A DNA stretch of 61,701 nucleotides, the filler included, from Squatina squatina (lineage: Eukaryota), in the NCBI GenBank assembly GCA_031763465.1. It is 3 parts of 3 records of this genome, joined end to end, with 100 filler letters (N's around TTAATTAATTAA, not from the genome) between each part and the next. Parts side by side here need not be neighbours in the genome. Positions count along the whole stretch, not along the records: positions 1 to 16,699 come from JARFOE010000149.1; 2 more parts are not named here. One strand, given 5' to 3'. A program made the position numbers and the translations under genes. Below are positions 1 to 13,069 of the stretch, one piece after another (within the stretch, counting starts at the first letter, position 1; the number at the start of each line of letters is the position of its first letter). The notes beneath the pieces were generated by a model. That model was not told the DNA's origin and ran no database searches. It saw nothing but the letters and a program-made list of their open reading frames with translations.

Positions 1-1022
1 TATAATTTCAAAGCTTGCAGATGACACAAAACTTAGGAATGTAGCAATGAGCAGGATAGTAGCAGACAACGGGAGGGCATAGGCAAACTGGTGAAATGAG
101 CAGACACATGGCAGATGAAATTTAATGCAGAGAAGCATGAAGTGATACATTTTGGGAGGAAGAATGAGGAGAGGCAATATTAACTAAATGGTACAATTTT
201 AAAGCGGTGGCAGGATAGAGAGACCTTGGTGTTCACACACACAAATCTTTGAAGATAGCAAGACAAGTTGATAAAACTGTTAAGGATACCAGATCCTTGG
301 CTCTATAAATAGAAGCATTGAGTACAAAAGTAAGAAGTCATGCTAAACCTTTATAAGTAACTGGTTAAGCCTCAGCTGGAGTATTGTGTCAAATTCTGGG
401 CACCACACTTTAGGAAGAATGTCAAGGCTTTGAAGAGGGTGCTGAGAAGATTTACCAGAATTATACCATGAGTGACTTCAGTTACCTGGAGAGACTGGAG
501 AAGCTGGGATTGTTCTTCTTCGAGCCGAGAAGGTTAAGGGAAGATTTAATAGAGGAGTTCATAATTATATGGGGTCTTGATTGAGTAAATGAGAAACTGT
601 TTCCACTGGCTGGATGGTCAGTGACCAGAGGACACAGGCTTAAGAACATAGCCAAAAGAACCAGAGGGTAGATGAGAACTTTTTTAACACAGCGTGTTGT
701 TCTGATCTGGAATGGACAGCCTGAAGGGATGGTGGAAGCAGTTTCAATAGTAATGTTCAAAAGGGTATTGGATATTTACTTGAAANNNNNNNNNNNNNNN
801 NNNNNNNNNNNNNNNNNNNNNNNNNNNNNNNNNNNNNNNNNNNNNNNNNNNNNNNNNNNNNNNNNNNNNNNNNNNNNNNNNNNNNTTGATTAGCAGGGGA
901 ATCAAGGGTCATGGGGAAAAAGCAGGAAAATGGAGTTGAGGCGAATATCAGATCAGTCATTGAATGGCGTAGCAGGCTCGAGGGGCCGAATGGTTTACTC
1001 CTGCTCCTATTTCTTATGGTCT
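1..1022 (+). mobile_element. CR1 LINE, degenerate 3' part of ORF2 (RT C-terminus) plus 3' tail after a gap
   Basis: Translates to ISKLADDTKL...LEYCVKFWAPHFRK...LEKLGLF, typical CR1 RT/C-terminal motifs, with frameshifts. Tail ...ctcctgctcctatttcttatg at about 1000-1020. Confidence 0.9.
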
Positions 1023-1184
1023 AAAACAAATGCTAATTCTAATGGTTATTCAACTGCACCCCAATTATCACCAAATAAAAATGCTTTTCGTGCGTCAGTG
1101 CAACAAGAATGTGAGGCCATTAGCAGCAATATTCCAGCACGATGGGCTGAGAGGCCTCTTTTTAAAAAAAAAAATAATTCACGG

Positions 1185-1466
1185 CAAGGTCAGCATTGGA
1201 AAGGTGGCGGTGAGCCGCCTTCTTGAACCACTGCAGTCCATGTGGTGGATCCCACAGTGACTTTATTGCAGCAGTCTGGTGGAACTGAGTGGCTTGCTGA
1301 GCCATTTCAGAGGGCAGTTAAGAGTGACCCACATTGCTGTGGGTCTGGAGTCACGTACAGACCAGACTGGGTATGGATGGCAAGCTTCCCTTCCCTATAG
1401 TGAACCAGATGGGTTTTTAGTGACAATCCGGTAGTTTTATAGTCACCATTACTGATACGAGTATTT
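1185..1466 (-). mobile_element. tRNA-derived SINE fragment
   Basis: Partly the reverse complement of the element at 3657-3871 (atggtgac...tcactaa...agggaa). Another copy at about 16440-16665. Confidence 0.7.
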
Positions 1467-1819
1467 NNNNNNNNNNNNNNNNNNNNNNNNNNNNNNNNNN
1501 NNNNNNNNNNNNNNNNNNNNNNNNNNNNNNNNNNNNNNNNNNNNNNNNNNNNNNNNNNNNNNNNNNTATCATGGTTTTGGGAATGGAGGAAAAGGGGTGA
1601 GAGCATAAGTGTGGGAATTAGAACAGACACGGTCGAGGGTCATGTCAACCACAGTTGAGGAAAAAGGAAGACATGTTGGAAACACTATTTCTGATGGTGT
1701 TAGTTGATGTCATCACAAGTCAGGGACTCCTGCGACTGCAGGATTCACAGGAGCTTTAAACCAACCCTGCTTCCTGTGGCCTGCTAAATGCATGGGTCAG
1801 ATCACTGTATTCACATCTA

Positions 1820-2270
1820 ATACAAAAGCAAAATACTGCGGAAGCTGGAATCTGAAATACAAACAAAAAGTGCTGGTAAAACTCAGCAGGTCATGCAGCA
1901 TCTGTGGAGAGAGAAACAGAGTTAACGTTTTGGGTCGATGACCCTTTGTCAGAACTGAAAAAAGTTAGAAATGTAGCAGGTTTTTAAGCAAGTGCANNNN
2001 NNNNNNGCAGGGGTGGGGAACGAGGGGAGGGGAGGAAGGAACAAAAGAGAAGGTCGGTGATAGGGTGGGAAGCAGGAGAGATTAAGAGATGGTGCAAGGC
2101 GATTGGAGATGGTAATGGCACATTAAGAAACAAAAGGGAATTCTAGATAGGATTCAAATGGAGAATCAGCAACAGCCATTGGAGGGAAACAAAAACAGAA
2201 ACGAATTAAAAAATATATATTGGGCAGAGGTTATGGTTTGAAATTGTTGAACCCGGAAGGCTGTAAAGTG
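1820..2270. repeat. Interspersed repeat, probably the terminal repeat of a Penelope-like element
   Basis: caaaagcaaaatactgcggaagctggaatctgaaa...actcagcaggtca...gcatctgtggagagagaaacagagtta recurs at about 11680-11790, 45365-45405 and 49375-49445. The family assignment is from recollection. Confidence 0.55.
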
Positions 2271-3656
2271 TATTGACATGTTCTGTGTTGACAGCATCGC
2301 ATAATGTGAGTGTGCTGCCACACTAAACTGGCTCCACCTCTGGTCCCCCCAAACCCAATGGAAAGAATTAAATTCCTTTATACTGTTGACACGGTTATTT
2401 GCCTCTGCTCTGCTGTCGGTCGTTTGGATGCTGTTTTGCTGGAGACCCAGTGGGGTAAACTTCTATGCAGGTTTTCTCAATTGTCCACCATAACTTTGGC
2501 ACAAGAGCTGCAGAAACCTGCGGGAAATCAGCCTAATCGCCGTTTACGCTATATCTCCGTGACTCTGAAACTACAACAGACGAGCAGTTGAACCCCTGTG
2601 AAGACTCAACTCCCCACCCCCATCTTCTCCAATTCCATTTACCAGAAGGGTAATCACTGGCTGGGAGTGCAGAATTTCCCAAAAGGGACTCGGTATGTGC
2701 AAGCAGCACAGAAGTGGGAAGACCAGACCCAGGTCTATTTTCCCTTTTTTTCTGATCCAATTATCTAGGAAAAGTAGCCGTTCTTTCACTATGGCTGGTA
2801 CAGTGACAATGGGAGCGTGCTTTTTTAAAAAAAAATTAAATGTGACTTTTCTGGTTTTTATTCATGTTAGTGTTCTTTTGCTTTTTAAAAAACTGCCTGA
2901 CATGTGGCTTGTATAAACTGCAACAAGGATTGGTAGATAAAATAATCCAGTTATATTGNNNNNNNNNNNNNNNNNNNNNNNNNNNNNNNNNNNNNNNNNN
3001 NNNNNNNNNNNNNNNNNNNNNNNNNNNNNNNNNNNNNNNNNNNNNNNNNNNNNNNNNNGCAGTTTTATAGAGGAAGACCATAGACTGCAGACATTGAATA
3101 TGTGTATTGAAGCTAGACATGCCTGTTTGTGGAATTCACAGTGACTCGTGAGTCAGTTGTTTCATCCAAGGCCCATTATTCAGGATGGTTCCCATTCAGC
3201 TTGGGAATAGCAGATGTCTTTGTCAAGAGGGAAGAGAGGTAGCCAACTTTACTAATGGGCCGACTGGCTAGAGGCAGGAAATCAGCATTTTGGCCTTCCC
3301 CTGCCTGGGAACACACGTTGGCATACCGGCTTGGAACTCGGCACTAAGCCTGAGACTGGAAACTAGAAGCCAAAAAGTGCAGGGAGTCAGTTTTTGCAGT
3401 TAGAAGTAGTCTGACAGAAAGCTGATGCAAAAAAACAAGTATGTTGGGCTACAAAAGAGATGGTGCATGGGGTTTATTATGTTTTCCCATGTTTGAGAAG
3501 TGAGATTGAGCTAAGGCTGTGGAATTTGATTTGACTGGTACTCTGTATGTTCACTAGTTGTCTGAGAAATAAAGCAGTTTAATGTACTGTATTGTGTTTT
3601 ATTTCACTTAGCGCCCCTCAGTCCACCTTCAAAAAGATTGGCGAAGCACACATAAG

Positions 3657-3871
3657 GTACGGTAGCATAGCGGTTATATTACTGGACCAGTAATCCAAGG
3701 CCTGGACTAATGATCTAGAGACATGTGTTCAAATCCCACCATGGCAGCTGGGGAATTTAAGTTCAGTTACTAAGTAAATCTGGAATAAGTAGCTAGTATC
3801 AGTAATGGTGACCATGTAACTATTGGACTATTGTTAAAAACCTATCTGGTTCACTAATGCCCTTTAGGGAA
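3657..3871 (+). mobile_element. tRNA-derived SINE (5' part)
   Basis: Pol III A-box-like TAGCATAGCGG and B-box GTTCAAATCC, followed by a body shared with other copies in the window. Truncated by a gap. Confidence 0.8.
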
Positions 3872-4800
3872 NNNNNNNNNNNNNNNNNNNNNNNNNNNNN
3901 NNNNNNNNNNNNNNNNNNNNNNNNNNNNNNNNNNNNNNNNNNNNNNNNNNNNNNNNNNNNNNNNNNNNNNNNNNNNNNNNNNNNNNNNNNNNNNNNNNNN
4001 NNNNNNNNNNNNNNNNNNNNNNNNNNNNNNNNNNNNNNNNNNNNNNNNNNNNNNNNNNNNNNNNNNNNNNNNNNNNNNNNNNNNNNNNNNNNNNNNNNNN
4101 NNNNNNNNNNNNNNNNNNNNNNNNNNNNNNNNNNNNNNNNNNNNNNNNNNNNNNNNNNNNNNNNNNNNNNNNNNNNNNNNNNNNNNNNNNNNNNNNNNNN
4201 NNNNNNNNNNNNNNNNNNNNNNNNNNNNNNNNNNNNNNNNNNNNNNNNNNNNNNNNNNNNNNNNNNNNNNNNNNNNNNNNNNNNNNNNNNNNNNNNNNNN
4301 NNNNNNNNNNNNNNNNNNNNNNNNNNNNNNNNNNNNNNNNNNNNNNNNNNNNNNNNNNNNNNNNNNNNNNNNNNNNNNNNNNNNNNNNNNNNNNNNNNNN
4401 NNNNNNNNNNNNNNNNNNNNNNNNNNNNNNNNNNNNNNNNNNNNNNNNNNNNNNNNNNNNNNNNNNNNNNNNNNNNNNNNNNNNNNNNNNNNNNNNNNNN
4501 NNNNNNNNNNNNNNNNNNNNNNNNNNNNNNNNNNNNNNNNNNNNNNNNNNNNNNNNNNNNNNNNNNNNNNNNNNNNNNNNNNNNNNNNNNNNNNNNNNNN
4601 NNNNNNNNNNNNNNNNNNNNNNNNNNNNNNNNNNNNNNNNNNNNNNNNNNNNNNNNNNNNNNNNNNNNNNNNNNNNNNNNNNNNNNNNNNNNNNNNNNNN
4701 NNNNNNNNNNNNNNNNNNNNNNNNNNNNNNNNNNNNNNNNNNNNNNNNNNNNNNNNNNNNNNNNNNNNNNNNNNNNNNNNNNNNNNTACATTTTACGAAT

Positions 4801-5259
4801 TTGAGAGTTAACAAGCTCTTAAAATCACATCATGGAACAGTGCCAAAGCAGTCAACCAGGAAGCCAGGCCTGATAGCCCACCCTGCATGTTCAAGAGACC
4901 CCCTATGCAAACCAGAGGAGCCGATATTTCAAGTAACCCTAAAGACCATACTTCAACACAAAGACCTGGCTCAACATGCAGATTTATTGAAACTGCTCTG
5001 GCGAGTGATTTATGACCAAGATGTGCCGGGGATCCAGAAAGAACAGATTTACCAGATCAAAAAGGAAGACGATGAATGCCGGGAATTGGAAGTAATGGGA
5101 AATGCTGAATGGTGGGTGAATCCACCTCACATGATACTCCAACTCTGTGTGTGGTGTGATGGTTACCGATTGAGGACCCCACGTAAACCACCTCCTCTAC
5201 CTGCCCACAGCAGTATCCCTTACCTTCTTGTGTGCAAAATTACAGAAAAACCACCATAG
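4801..5259 (+). other. Unexplained 152-codon open frame (TTG start) with a possible frameshifted continuation to about 5410; candidate endogenous viral fragment
   Basis: Long stop-free frame with globular-protein-like composition and no match to LINE motifs seen elsewhere in the window. Confidence 0.3.
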
Positions 5260-5414
5260 GCAATTCTTTCACATCCATTCGCAAGCCTCTGGCACAAATG
5301 TAAACCGGCCAGGTGTTTAGCACAGAGGCGACTTTGTTCCAGGGCCGACTGTTACAAGACAATGACCAGATTCCTGCACTGTTTGAGTACAAAAGTAATC
5401 GAAGAATCACAGAC

Positions 5415-5510
5415 AGTGGTGGGGTCAAAAGACATGGTGTTGAGGTAGAGCTGGGTGTCATTAGCTTACATGTGGAGCCTGACGTGTTTTCAGATGATGT
5501 CGCCAAGGGT
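5415..5510 (-). mobile_element. Short L2 LINE RT fragment
   Basis: Similar to 12735-12830 (gaggtagagctgggtgt...gatgacatcgcc), the YADxTQLY region of the L2 RT. Confidence 0.75.
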
Positions 5511-5814
5511 AGAGAACAACCGACAAAGATGAAACAGTAACAGCATTCTGCTGTTCAGTGTGTAGGTGCCTGACGTGACCAGCATTGCAATAAATATAAC
5601 GAAACAGCACACAGCTGAGATATGCTGGTGACTCGGTTGTTTCGAGTACTACCCAGTGTGGAATTACGCCACAGGGACCAGGCAGGCCCTCTATCTGATC
5701 CCTGGTCTCTGCTGAGGTCGCTGCTCTCAGCTCGGGTGCGGGAAGGTCAGGGTGTTACAATTAACTTCAACACCAGGGGAAAATTTAGCCAGGGTTCCTG
5801 CTCCTGATTGCTAT

Positions 5815-6500
5815 AAGAAATAGGAGCAGGAATAGGCCATACGACCCCTCGATCCTGCTCCGCCGTTCAGTAAGATCATGGTTGATCCTCACTTTCCTGT
5901 CCGATTTCCATATCCCTTGATTCCCCTAGAGTCCAAAAATCTATCTACCTCATTCTTGAATAGACTCAACGTTTCAGCATCCACTGCCCTCTGGAGTAGA
6001 GAATTCCAAAGATTCACAACCCTCTGAGTGAAGAAATTCTTCCTCATCTCAGTCTTAAATGGCTGACTCCGTATCTTGGGACTATGCCCCCAAGATCTGG
6101 ACTCTCATCATCTACCCTGTCAATCCCTTTTAGAATCTTATATGTTTCAGTAAGATCACCTCTCATTCTTTTAAACTCCAAAGAGTATAGGCCCACTCTA
6201 CTCAATCTCTCCTCATAGGATAGCCTTCTCATCCCAAGGATCAATCTAGTGAACCTTGATGCACCGCCTCTAAGGCATGTATATCCTTCATCAGATAAGT
6301 AGAACAAAACTGGGCACAACACTCCAGGTGTGGTCTCACCAAAGTCCTGTACAATTGTAGCAAGGGTTCCTTATTCTTGTACTCCAACCATCTGGCAATA
6401 AAGGCCAACATGCTATTTGCTTTCCTAATTGTTTGCTGTACCTGTATGCTAACTCTCTGTCTGAGAACACCTAATTCTCTCTAACCACCAACATTTAATA
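5815..6500 (-). mobile_element. CR1 LINE 3' end
   Basis: LSYEERLSRVGLYSLEFKRMRGDLTETYKILKG motif; the 3' tail starts at about 5815 (ataagaaataggagcagga on +). Confidence 0.9.
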
Positions 6501-7499
6501 GGCATTTTGCTCCCTCTTCTCCTATCACAGTGTTTGTTAAATCACAGCATGACATTCAGGAACCCGGCACCAATCTGACAAAAATAGTTTGCCTTTATTG
6601 CCACCAGCTCCAAATTCCTTATAAGATGCCAGGTAGTCGACACTATAAAGAATTCTGTACTGACTAAAAGCACCCAGTACAACTTGGCACTGTAAGTAGC
6701 ATTTTCTCTGTTCTAATTAAGCAGTGCTGAATGCACTTGCAGATTGTGGCTGCAGTTTCTTCTTGTAGTTCTGAGTCAGTGGATAAGTGCATGTTACATT
6801 GGTGGAGCCTGGTCCAGACTGAGTAAATTGATGTTAGTCATGCTGCAATCAGCCTCAAGACCGCTGAAGTAGGGCAGGGAAAATCATCCAGGTTCCTTAT
6901 CCTTGATCACAGCCTTCTGAACCCTGCTTTGGGGACTTTCCTACATTACAACAGTGACTGCACTTCAAAAGTACTTCATTGGCTGTAAAGCACTTTATGA
7001 CATCCGGTGGACATGAAAGGCAACATATAAATGCAAGTCTTTCTTTCTTTCCTTTGAGTATTTGACCAGTATCTGTGATCAATTTCCTGGTTGGTCCCAA
7101 ATCCTATTCCTTTAAAGGAGTCTTCAATAGCATGGCAATGTAAAAAATTAATAACGTGCCCAGAACAACTTAAAGAAAACTCTGGGCAATCAATGTTGAG
7201 CTATTGTAATTATTTGTAGATGTCAGGAGATATAGTAGATGTTAGTAGATCTTCAATAAGTGAGAGAACATCACATCAGACATCCATCCCTAAAATGAAT
7301 ATAGGGTAAGTCTGTGTAAATGGTTCTTAAAACTCTCATGTATTATGTCTGAGTTAGAGGGATACTTACTGGACCAAAACAAGATGGAGCTGCTTCATGT
7401 TTGTCACAAATACATGTGTGTCAGTGTCTAACAAGGATGGGATTGAGTTGGCTGTGATGTTCTCTATGAGTGAATAGCCTTCCAACTCTAACTGTCTGG

Positions 7500-7740
7500 A
7501 CTCAGTCAAGGGATATGGAGAGATGGAGAATTTAAGAAGGAAGTTCTGGAGTGAGGGGCCTAGATGATTTATGGTCCAGCTACCAATGATAGGCCAAAGG
7601 AAGGAAGGATACACAAAAGCCAAGAGAGGTGCAGAATTCTTCCAGTGCCCTGGGCTGAAGAGAGTTACAGAGATAAGGAGGGGTGAGGCTATGAAGTGTT
7701 TAAGCATTAGGAGCCAATGTAGATCAGGAAAAATAGGGGC
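7500..7740 (-). mobile_element. Degenerate L2 LINE 3' fragment
   Basis: DLHWL motif; similar to the L2 3' copies at 10635-10984 and 11900-12240. Confidence 0.65.
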
Positions 7741-7934
7741 TTTCCTCATCTTGTGTCTGGGATTAACTGATAGAGATTGAATGCTATAGTTAGTCATCAA
7801 CTCCATTGATGTTGTATCATGCAAATACCAGAATNNNNNNNNNNNNNNNNNNNNNNNNNNNNNNNNNNNNNNNNNNNNNNNNNNNNNNNNNNNNNNNNNN
7901 NNNNNNNNNNNNNNNNNNNNNNNNNNNNNNNNNN

Positions 7935-9280
7935 TCCCAAACCCACTCACTCTTTCCTGTTAAAATTCCAGCCTCTATATTTCTTGTGCGAGGACACACA
8001 AACCTCCCTGAACACCAAAATGTTAAAAGTTTCTCACCATTTAAAAAGCATTTTATTTTTCTATTCTTTCTACCAAAGTGAATAACCTCACATTTTCACA
8101 CATTATACTCCATCTGCCACCTTTTTGCTCACTCACTTAACCAGTCGATATCCCTTTGCGGACTCTCTGCATTCTCCTCATAGCTTCCTGTCCCACATAG
8201 CTTTGTATCATCAGCAAACTTGGGTACATTGCACTCGGTACCTTCATCTATTCATTAATATAGATTGTAAATAGCTGAGGCTCAAGCACTGAGCCTTGCG
8301 ATACTTCACTAGTTACAGCCTCCCAACCTGAAAATGACCCGTTTATCCCAAGCTTTGTTTTCTGTTTGTTAACCAATCCTTTATCCATCCAATATATGAC
8401 CCCCAACAACATGAGCCCTTATCTTGCATAACAACCATTTATGTGGCACCTTATCGAATGCCTTTTGGAAATCTAAATGTACTACATCCNNNNNNNNNNN
8501 NNNNNNNNNNNNNNNNNNNNNNNNNNNNNNNNNNNNNNNNNNNNNNNNNNNNNNNNNNNNNNNNNNNNNNNNNNNNNNNNNNNNNNNNNTTCTTTTGTTT
8601 TTCTTTCCAAAGTGAACAACTTCACAATTTCCCACATTATACTCCATTTGTCAACGTTTTGCCCACTCATTCAACCTGTCTATATTCCTTTGCAGGCTCT
8701 TTGTGCCCACCTCACACGTTACTTTCACACCTAACTTTGTATTGTCAGCAAACTTAGATACATTACACTTGGTCCCTTCATCCAAGTCATTAATATAGAT
8801 TGTAAATAGCTGAGGCCCCAGCACTGATCCTTGCAGCATGCCACTAGCAACAGCCTGCCAACCTGAAAATGCCATGTTTATTCCTACTCTTAATTTTCTG
8901 TCCTTTAACCAATCCTCTATCCATGCTAATATATTACCCACAACCCCATGAGCCCTTACCTTGTGTAATAATCANNNNNNNNNNTGCTGATAGCTACAGC
9001 CTGCCAACCGGAAAGTGACCCGTTTATCCCTACTCTGTTTTCTGTCCGTTAATCAATTCTCTCTCCATGCTAATATATTACCCTAGCCCCATGAATGCTT
9101 AGCAACCTTTTATGCGGCACCTTATCGAATGCCTTTTGGAAATCCAAATATACTACATCCACTGATTCCCTGCTTTGCTCAAGAAACTCGAATAAATTTG
9201 TTAAACACGATTTCCCTTTCATAAAACCAGGTTGACTCTGCCTAATCATATGATTTTCTAAGTGCCTTGTTACCACTTCC
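7935..9280 (-). mobile_element. Three overlapping CR1 RT fragments separated by gaps
   Basis: Motifs GFMKGKSCLTNL, VYLDFQKAFDKVPH, QGSVLGPQLFTIYINDLDEG and SKFADNTKLG. Confidence 0.92.
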
Positions 9281-9924
9281 TAGGTAAGTGCATGAGGGAG
9301 AAAGAAATAGGAGGTTAGGCTAATAGGGTTAGATGAAAAAGGAAAAGGGGAGGCTCATGCGGAGCATGGACCAGCATACACCAGTTGGGCCAAATAGCTT
9401 GTTTCTGTGCTGTAATTACCATGTGACCTTGCAGTAATAAGCATCCTCACGATACAGTGCATATCTACTTCGAGAGCAAATTCACTCAGGGAGGCTATCT
9501 GACCTTCAAATTCATGAATTTATCGTAGATGATGGTGTCATAATTTACATTTGTGCCTGATTGAGTGAGATTTCTAGTACTGCAACTCGTCCTACAGAAA
9601 GATAAGTATTGTCATACTGGGCTGCTCCTTTACATGTCTGTCTGTCACTCTGGGACCTTGTGTGCGTCATGGAAGGTTACAGGTCTGCTCATTCAGTTCC
9701 CTAAGCAGCTCATTGAGAACCACAACTGCATCCAGCCACTGGTGAATTTGAATTTGCCCCACAACAACGCATGATGTAAAGCCCTTAAATTAAAAATAGT
9801 CTATTGCAAATCCATTTGGAGCATTTTCACACTTCAGGAATCTTGTGATACATCACCACTCCCACATATATCTTATCAATTCTCTCATCATATTTACCAT
9901 TTATTATTTTCTCTTCTCCAAGCT

Positions 9925-10272
9925 ACCAGGGTTTCAGTTGCATGGGCGCTGGGGTTCTGTTCCATGGGTTCTGGGCTTGCTGGGGTTCTCTTCTGTGGGT
10001 TCTGGGCTGGCTGGGGTTCTGTTCTGTGGGTTCTAGTCTCGCTGGGTTACAGTTCCATGGGTTCTGGGCTTGTTGGGGTACTGTTCTGTGGGTTCTGGGC
10101 TTTCTGGCGTACAGTTCCATGGGTTCTGGGCTTGCTGGGGTACAGCTCCGTGGGTTCTGGGCTTGCTGGGGTTCTGTTCCATGGGTTCTGGGCTTGCTGG
10201 GGTACAGCTCCGTGGGTTCTGGGCTTGCTGGGGTTCTGTTCCGTGGGTTCTGGGGTTGCTGGGGTTCTGTTC
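9925..10272 (+). repeat. Minisatellite, 31-bp unit (gctggggttctgttccatgggttctgggctt), about 11 copies, truncated by a gap
   Basis: Direct tandem periodicity; the ORF track shows the expected 31-aa repeat spanning three units. Confidence 0.92.
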
Positions 10273-10634
10273 NNNNNNNNNNNNNNNNNNNNNNNNNNNN
10301 NNNNNNNNNNNNNNNNNNNNNNNNNNNNNNNNNNNNNNNNNNNNNNNNNNNNNNNNNNNNNNNNNNNNNNNNATAGAAGTTGTAACTGGACACATCCCCC
10401 AGCAAGAGCACACTGGTGTATAGGTAGAAATAAAGTTTACCAAACGTTTTATATTTTCACAACAATATGTTCCTTTTGCAATTTTTTTTTACTTTCCTTC
10501 CTGTTTTATTGGGGAAAAAAACTAGAGGAAAGAATCAAACTAACTTTATGTTGTTGCATAGTTTCTACCCAAGCATAGGAGTTGACTGTTAAAATAACAA
10601 ATTCTGAAGGAGTGTGTTTTTCAAAATTTTTACA

Positions 10635-10984
10635 ACAACAACTTGTGTTTATATAGCTCCTTTTGATGTAAAACGTCCCAAGGCGCTTCACAGGAATATT
10701 GAGGGAAAAAATTGACTCCGAGCCACATAAGGAGAAATTAGGGCAGGTGTCCAAAAGCTTGGTCAAAGAGGGAGGTTTTAAGGAGCGGCCGAAAGGAGGA
10801 TAGAGATGTGGAGAGTCTAGGCAGGGAATTCCAGAGCTTAGGGCCCAGGCAACAGAAGGCACGCCTACCAATGGTTGAGTGATTGTAATCCGGGATGTTC
10901 AAGAGGGCAGAATTAGAGGAGTGCAGATATCTCTGGGGGTTGTAGGGCTGGAGGAGATTACAGAGATAGGGAGGGGCGAGGCCA
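10635..10984 (-). mobile_element. L2 LINE 3' end
   Basis: GLAPPYLCNLLQPY...GRRAFCCLGPKLWNSLP...FRPLLKTSLF motif and a (caa)n tail. Confidence 0.88.
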
Positions 10985-11794
10985 NNNNNNNNNNNNNNNN
11001 NNNNNNNNNNNNNNNNNNNNNNNNNNNNNNNNNNNNNNNNNNNNNNNNNNNNNNNNNNNNNNNNNNNNNNNNNNNNNNNNNNNNATCCTTCCCTGGATAG
11101 ACAGAAATCCTGAAACCTAAAAACCACAGCTGGTCCCTCATCACAGATAAAGATTCCTCCCCCTTAACTGTGCATCTATTGCATCCCACCTGGAATAAAA
11201 ACATAAGCCTCACCAGCTCCCTCCTCTTGTTCTGCAATGTGGGAGTACCTTCACTACACAGACTGCAGCGATTCAGGAAGGCAGCTTATACCCACTTTCT
11301 AAAGGGCAGCTAGAGATGGGTGATAAATGCCAGCCTTGCCAGCGATGCCCACATCTCGAGAATGAACAAAAATATATATTAAATCTTCATTCCCTTGCTT
11401 GTTTTCCCTGTTCCTCCATCTGCCACTTGGCATCATGGTGCCACCCCTTACCAACGCACTCCAAATCAATGTAGGGAGCGTCAGCCCAGATTATGTGTGC
11501 AAGCCTCTGGAGTGGGACTTGAACCCACAACATTCCGATTCAGAGATGATAGTGCAAGCACTTAGCCATAGCTGACAAACAGGATTTAAATATTTCAAAT
11601 ATTTATCTCTGCACATCCAGTACATTCCACCCAAATTGCCCCAGGACAGTGCCTGCCCAACAACAACTAATACAAATACAAATATGCTGGAAATCTGAAG
11701 CAAAAGCAGAAAATGCTGGAAATACTCAGCAGGTCAGGCAACTCCTGTGGAGAGAGAAACAGAGTTACTGCCTCAGGTCAATGACCTTTCAATC

Positions 11795-12930
11795 AGCAAC
11801 AACAACAATTATTTGCATTTGTGTTGCTCCCAAATGTCCCACGGCACTTCACAGGAGTGTTCTCAAACAAAACTTGGCATCAAAGCCACATAAAGAAACA
11901 TTAAGACAGGTGATCAAAGCTTGATTAAGGAATGTCTTAATGGAGGAGAGAGAACCAGAGAGGTGGAGAGGTTTAGAGAGGGAATTCCAGATCATGGGGC
12001 TTGGGTGCTGAAGGCATGGCCACCAATGGTGAAGTGATTAAAATCAGAGCTGTGCAAGAGGCCAGAATTGGAGGAGCGAGGGATCTCGGGGCGGTTGTAG
12101 GGCTGGAGGAGATTACAGAGATAGGGAGGGGTGAGGCTATGGAGGGATTTGAATGAGTGTTTTGAAATCAAGGCATTGCTTAACCAAGAGCCAATGTGGG
12201 TCAGCGAGCACAGGGGTGATGGCTGACCGGGATTTGGTTGGAGTTAGGATANNNNNNNNNNAATGTTTAAAACCGGGAGCCAAAGTACAGTGAGCACGGG
12301 GGTAATGGGTGAACGGGACTTGGTGCAAAGTAGGACACGGGCAGCCGAGTTTTGGATGACCTCAAGTTTACATAGGGTAGAATGTGGGAGGCCAGCCAGG
12401 AGAGCTTTGGAATAGTCAAGTCTAGAGGTAACAAAGGCATGAATGAAGGTTTCAGCAGAAGATGAGCTGAGACAGGGGCAATGATGGGCGATGTTATGGA
12501 GGTGGAAGTAGGCGGTCTTGCTGATGGAGAGGATATGGGGTTGGAAGCTCATCTCAGGGTCAAATAGGATATGAAGGTTGTGAATGGTCTGGTTCAGCTT
12601 CAGGAAGTGGCCTGGGAGAGTGATGGAGTTAGTAGCCAGAGGACAGAGTTTGTGGCAGGGACTCAAGCCAATGACTTCAATCTTCCCAATATTTAGTTGG
12701 AGGAAATTTGTGCTGATCCAGTGTGACAAATCAATGGCAGTGGAGGGGTCGAAAGAGGTGGTGGTGAGGTAGAGCTGGGTGTGATCAGCGTACCTGTGGA
12801 ACCTGATGTGTTTTCGGATGACATCGCCGAGGAGCAGCTTGTAGATGAGAAACAGGAGGGGGCCGACGATCGATCCTTGGGGAACTGCAGAGGTAATGGT
12901 ACGGGAGCAGGAAGATCCAGCCAGAACATT
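11795..12930 (-). mobile_element. L2 LINE RT to 3' end (two joined pieces)
   Basis: [39 protein letters not shown] and [14 protein letters not shown] are L2-clade RT motifs. Confidence 0.92.
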
Positions 12931-13069
12931 TGGCAGCTTAAGAGCGAGACTAGGGGAATTCATTGTTTGAAGTCTGGTCCTCATGCAGTGTACGCAGCTG
13001 TTTCCCCCTGCCCTTTCCTGACCCAGTCTCTCAGGTGCTAACAGCTGTTGGACCATAGATGTTTCGAGC

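Noticed and set aside
3657-3745. tRNA gene
   Set aside because: The A/B boxes belong to a SINE head; there is no cloverleaf and the SINE body follows.
3820-4814. Long ORFs of 300+ aa (also 18876-20054, 29262-30686, 40149-40666, 60762-61159)
   Set aside because: They consist almost entirely of N-gap translated as X.
9923-10578. Repetitive-protein ORFs or a CRISPR-like array
   Set aside because: Head-to-tail 31-bp minisatellite with no unique spacers, in a eukaryotic context.
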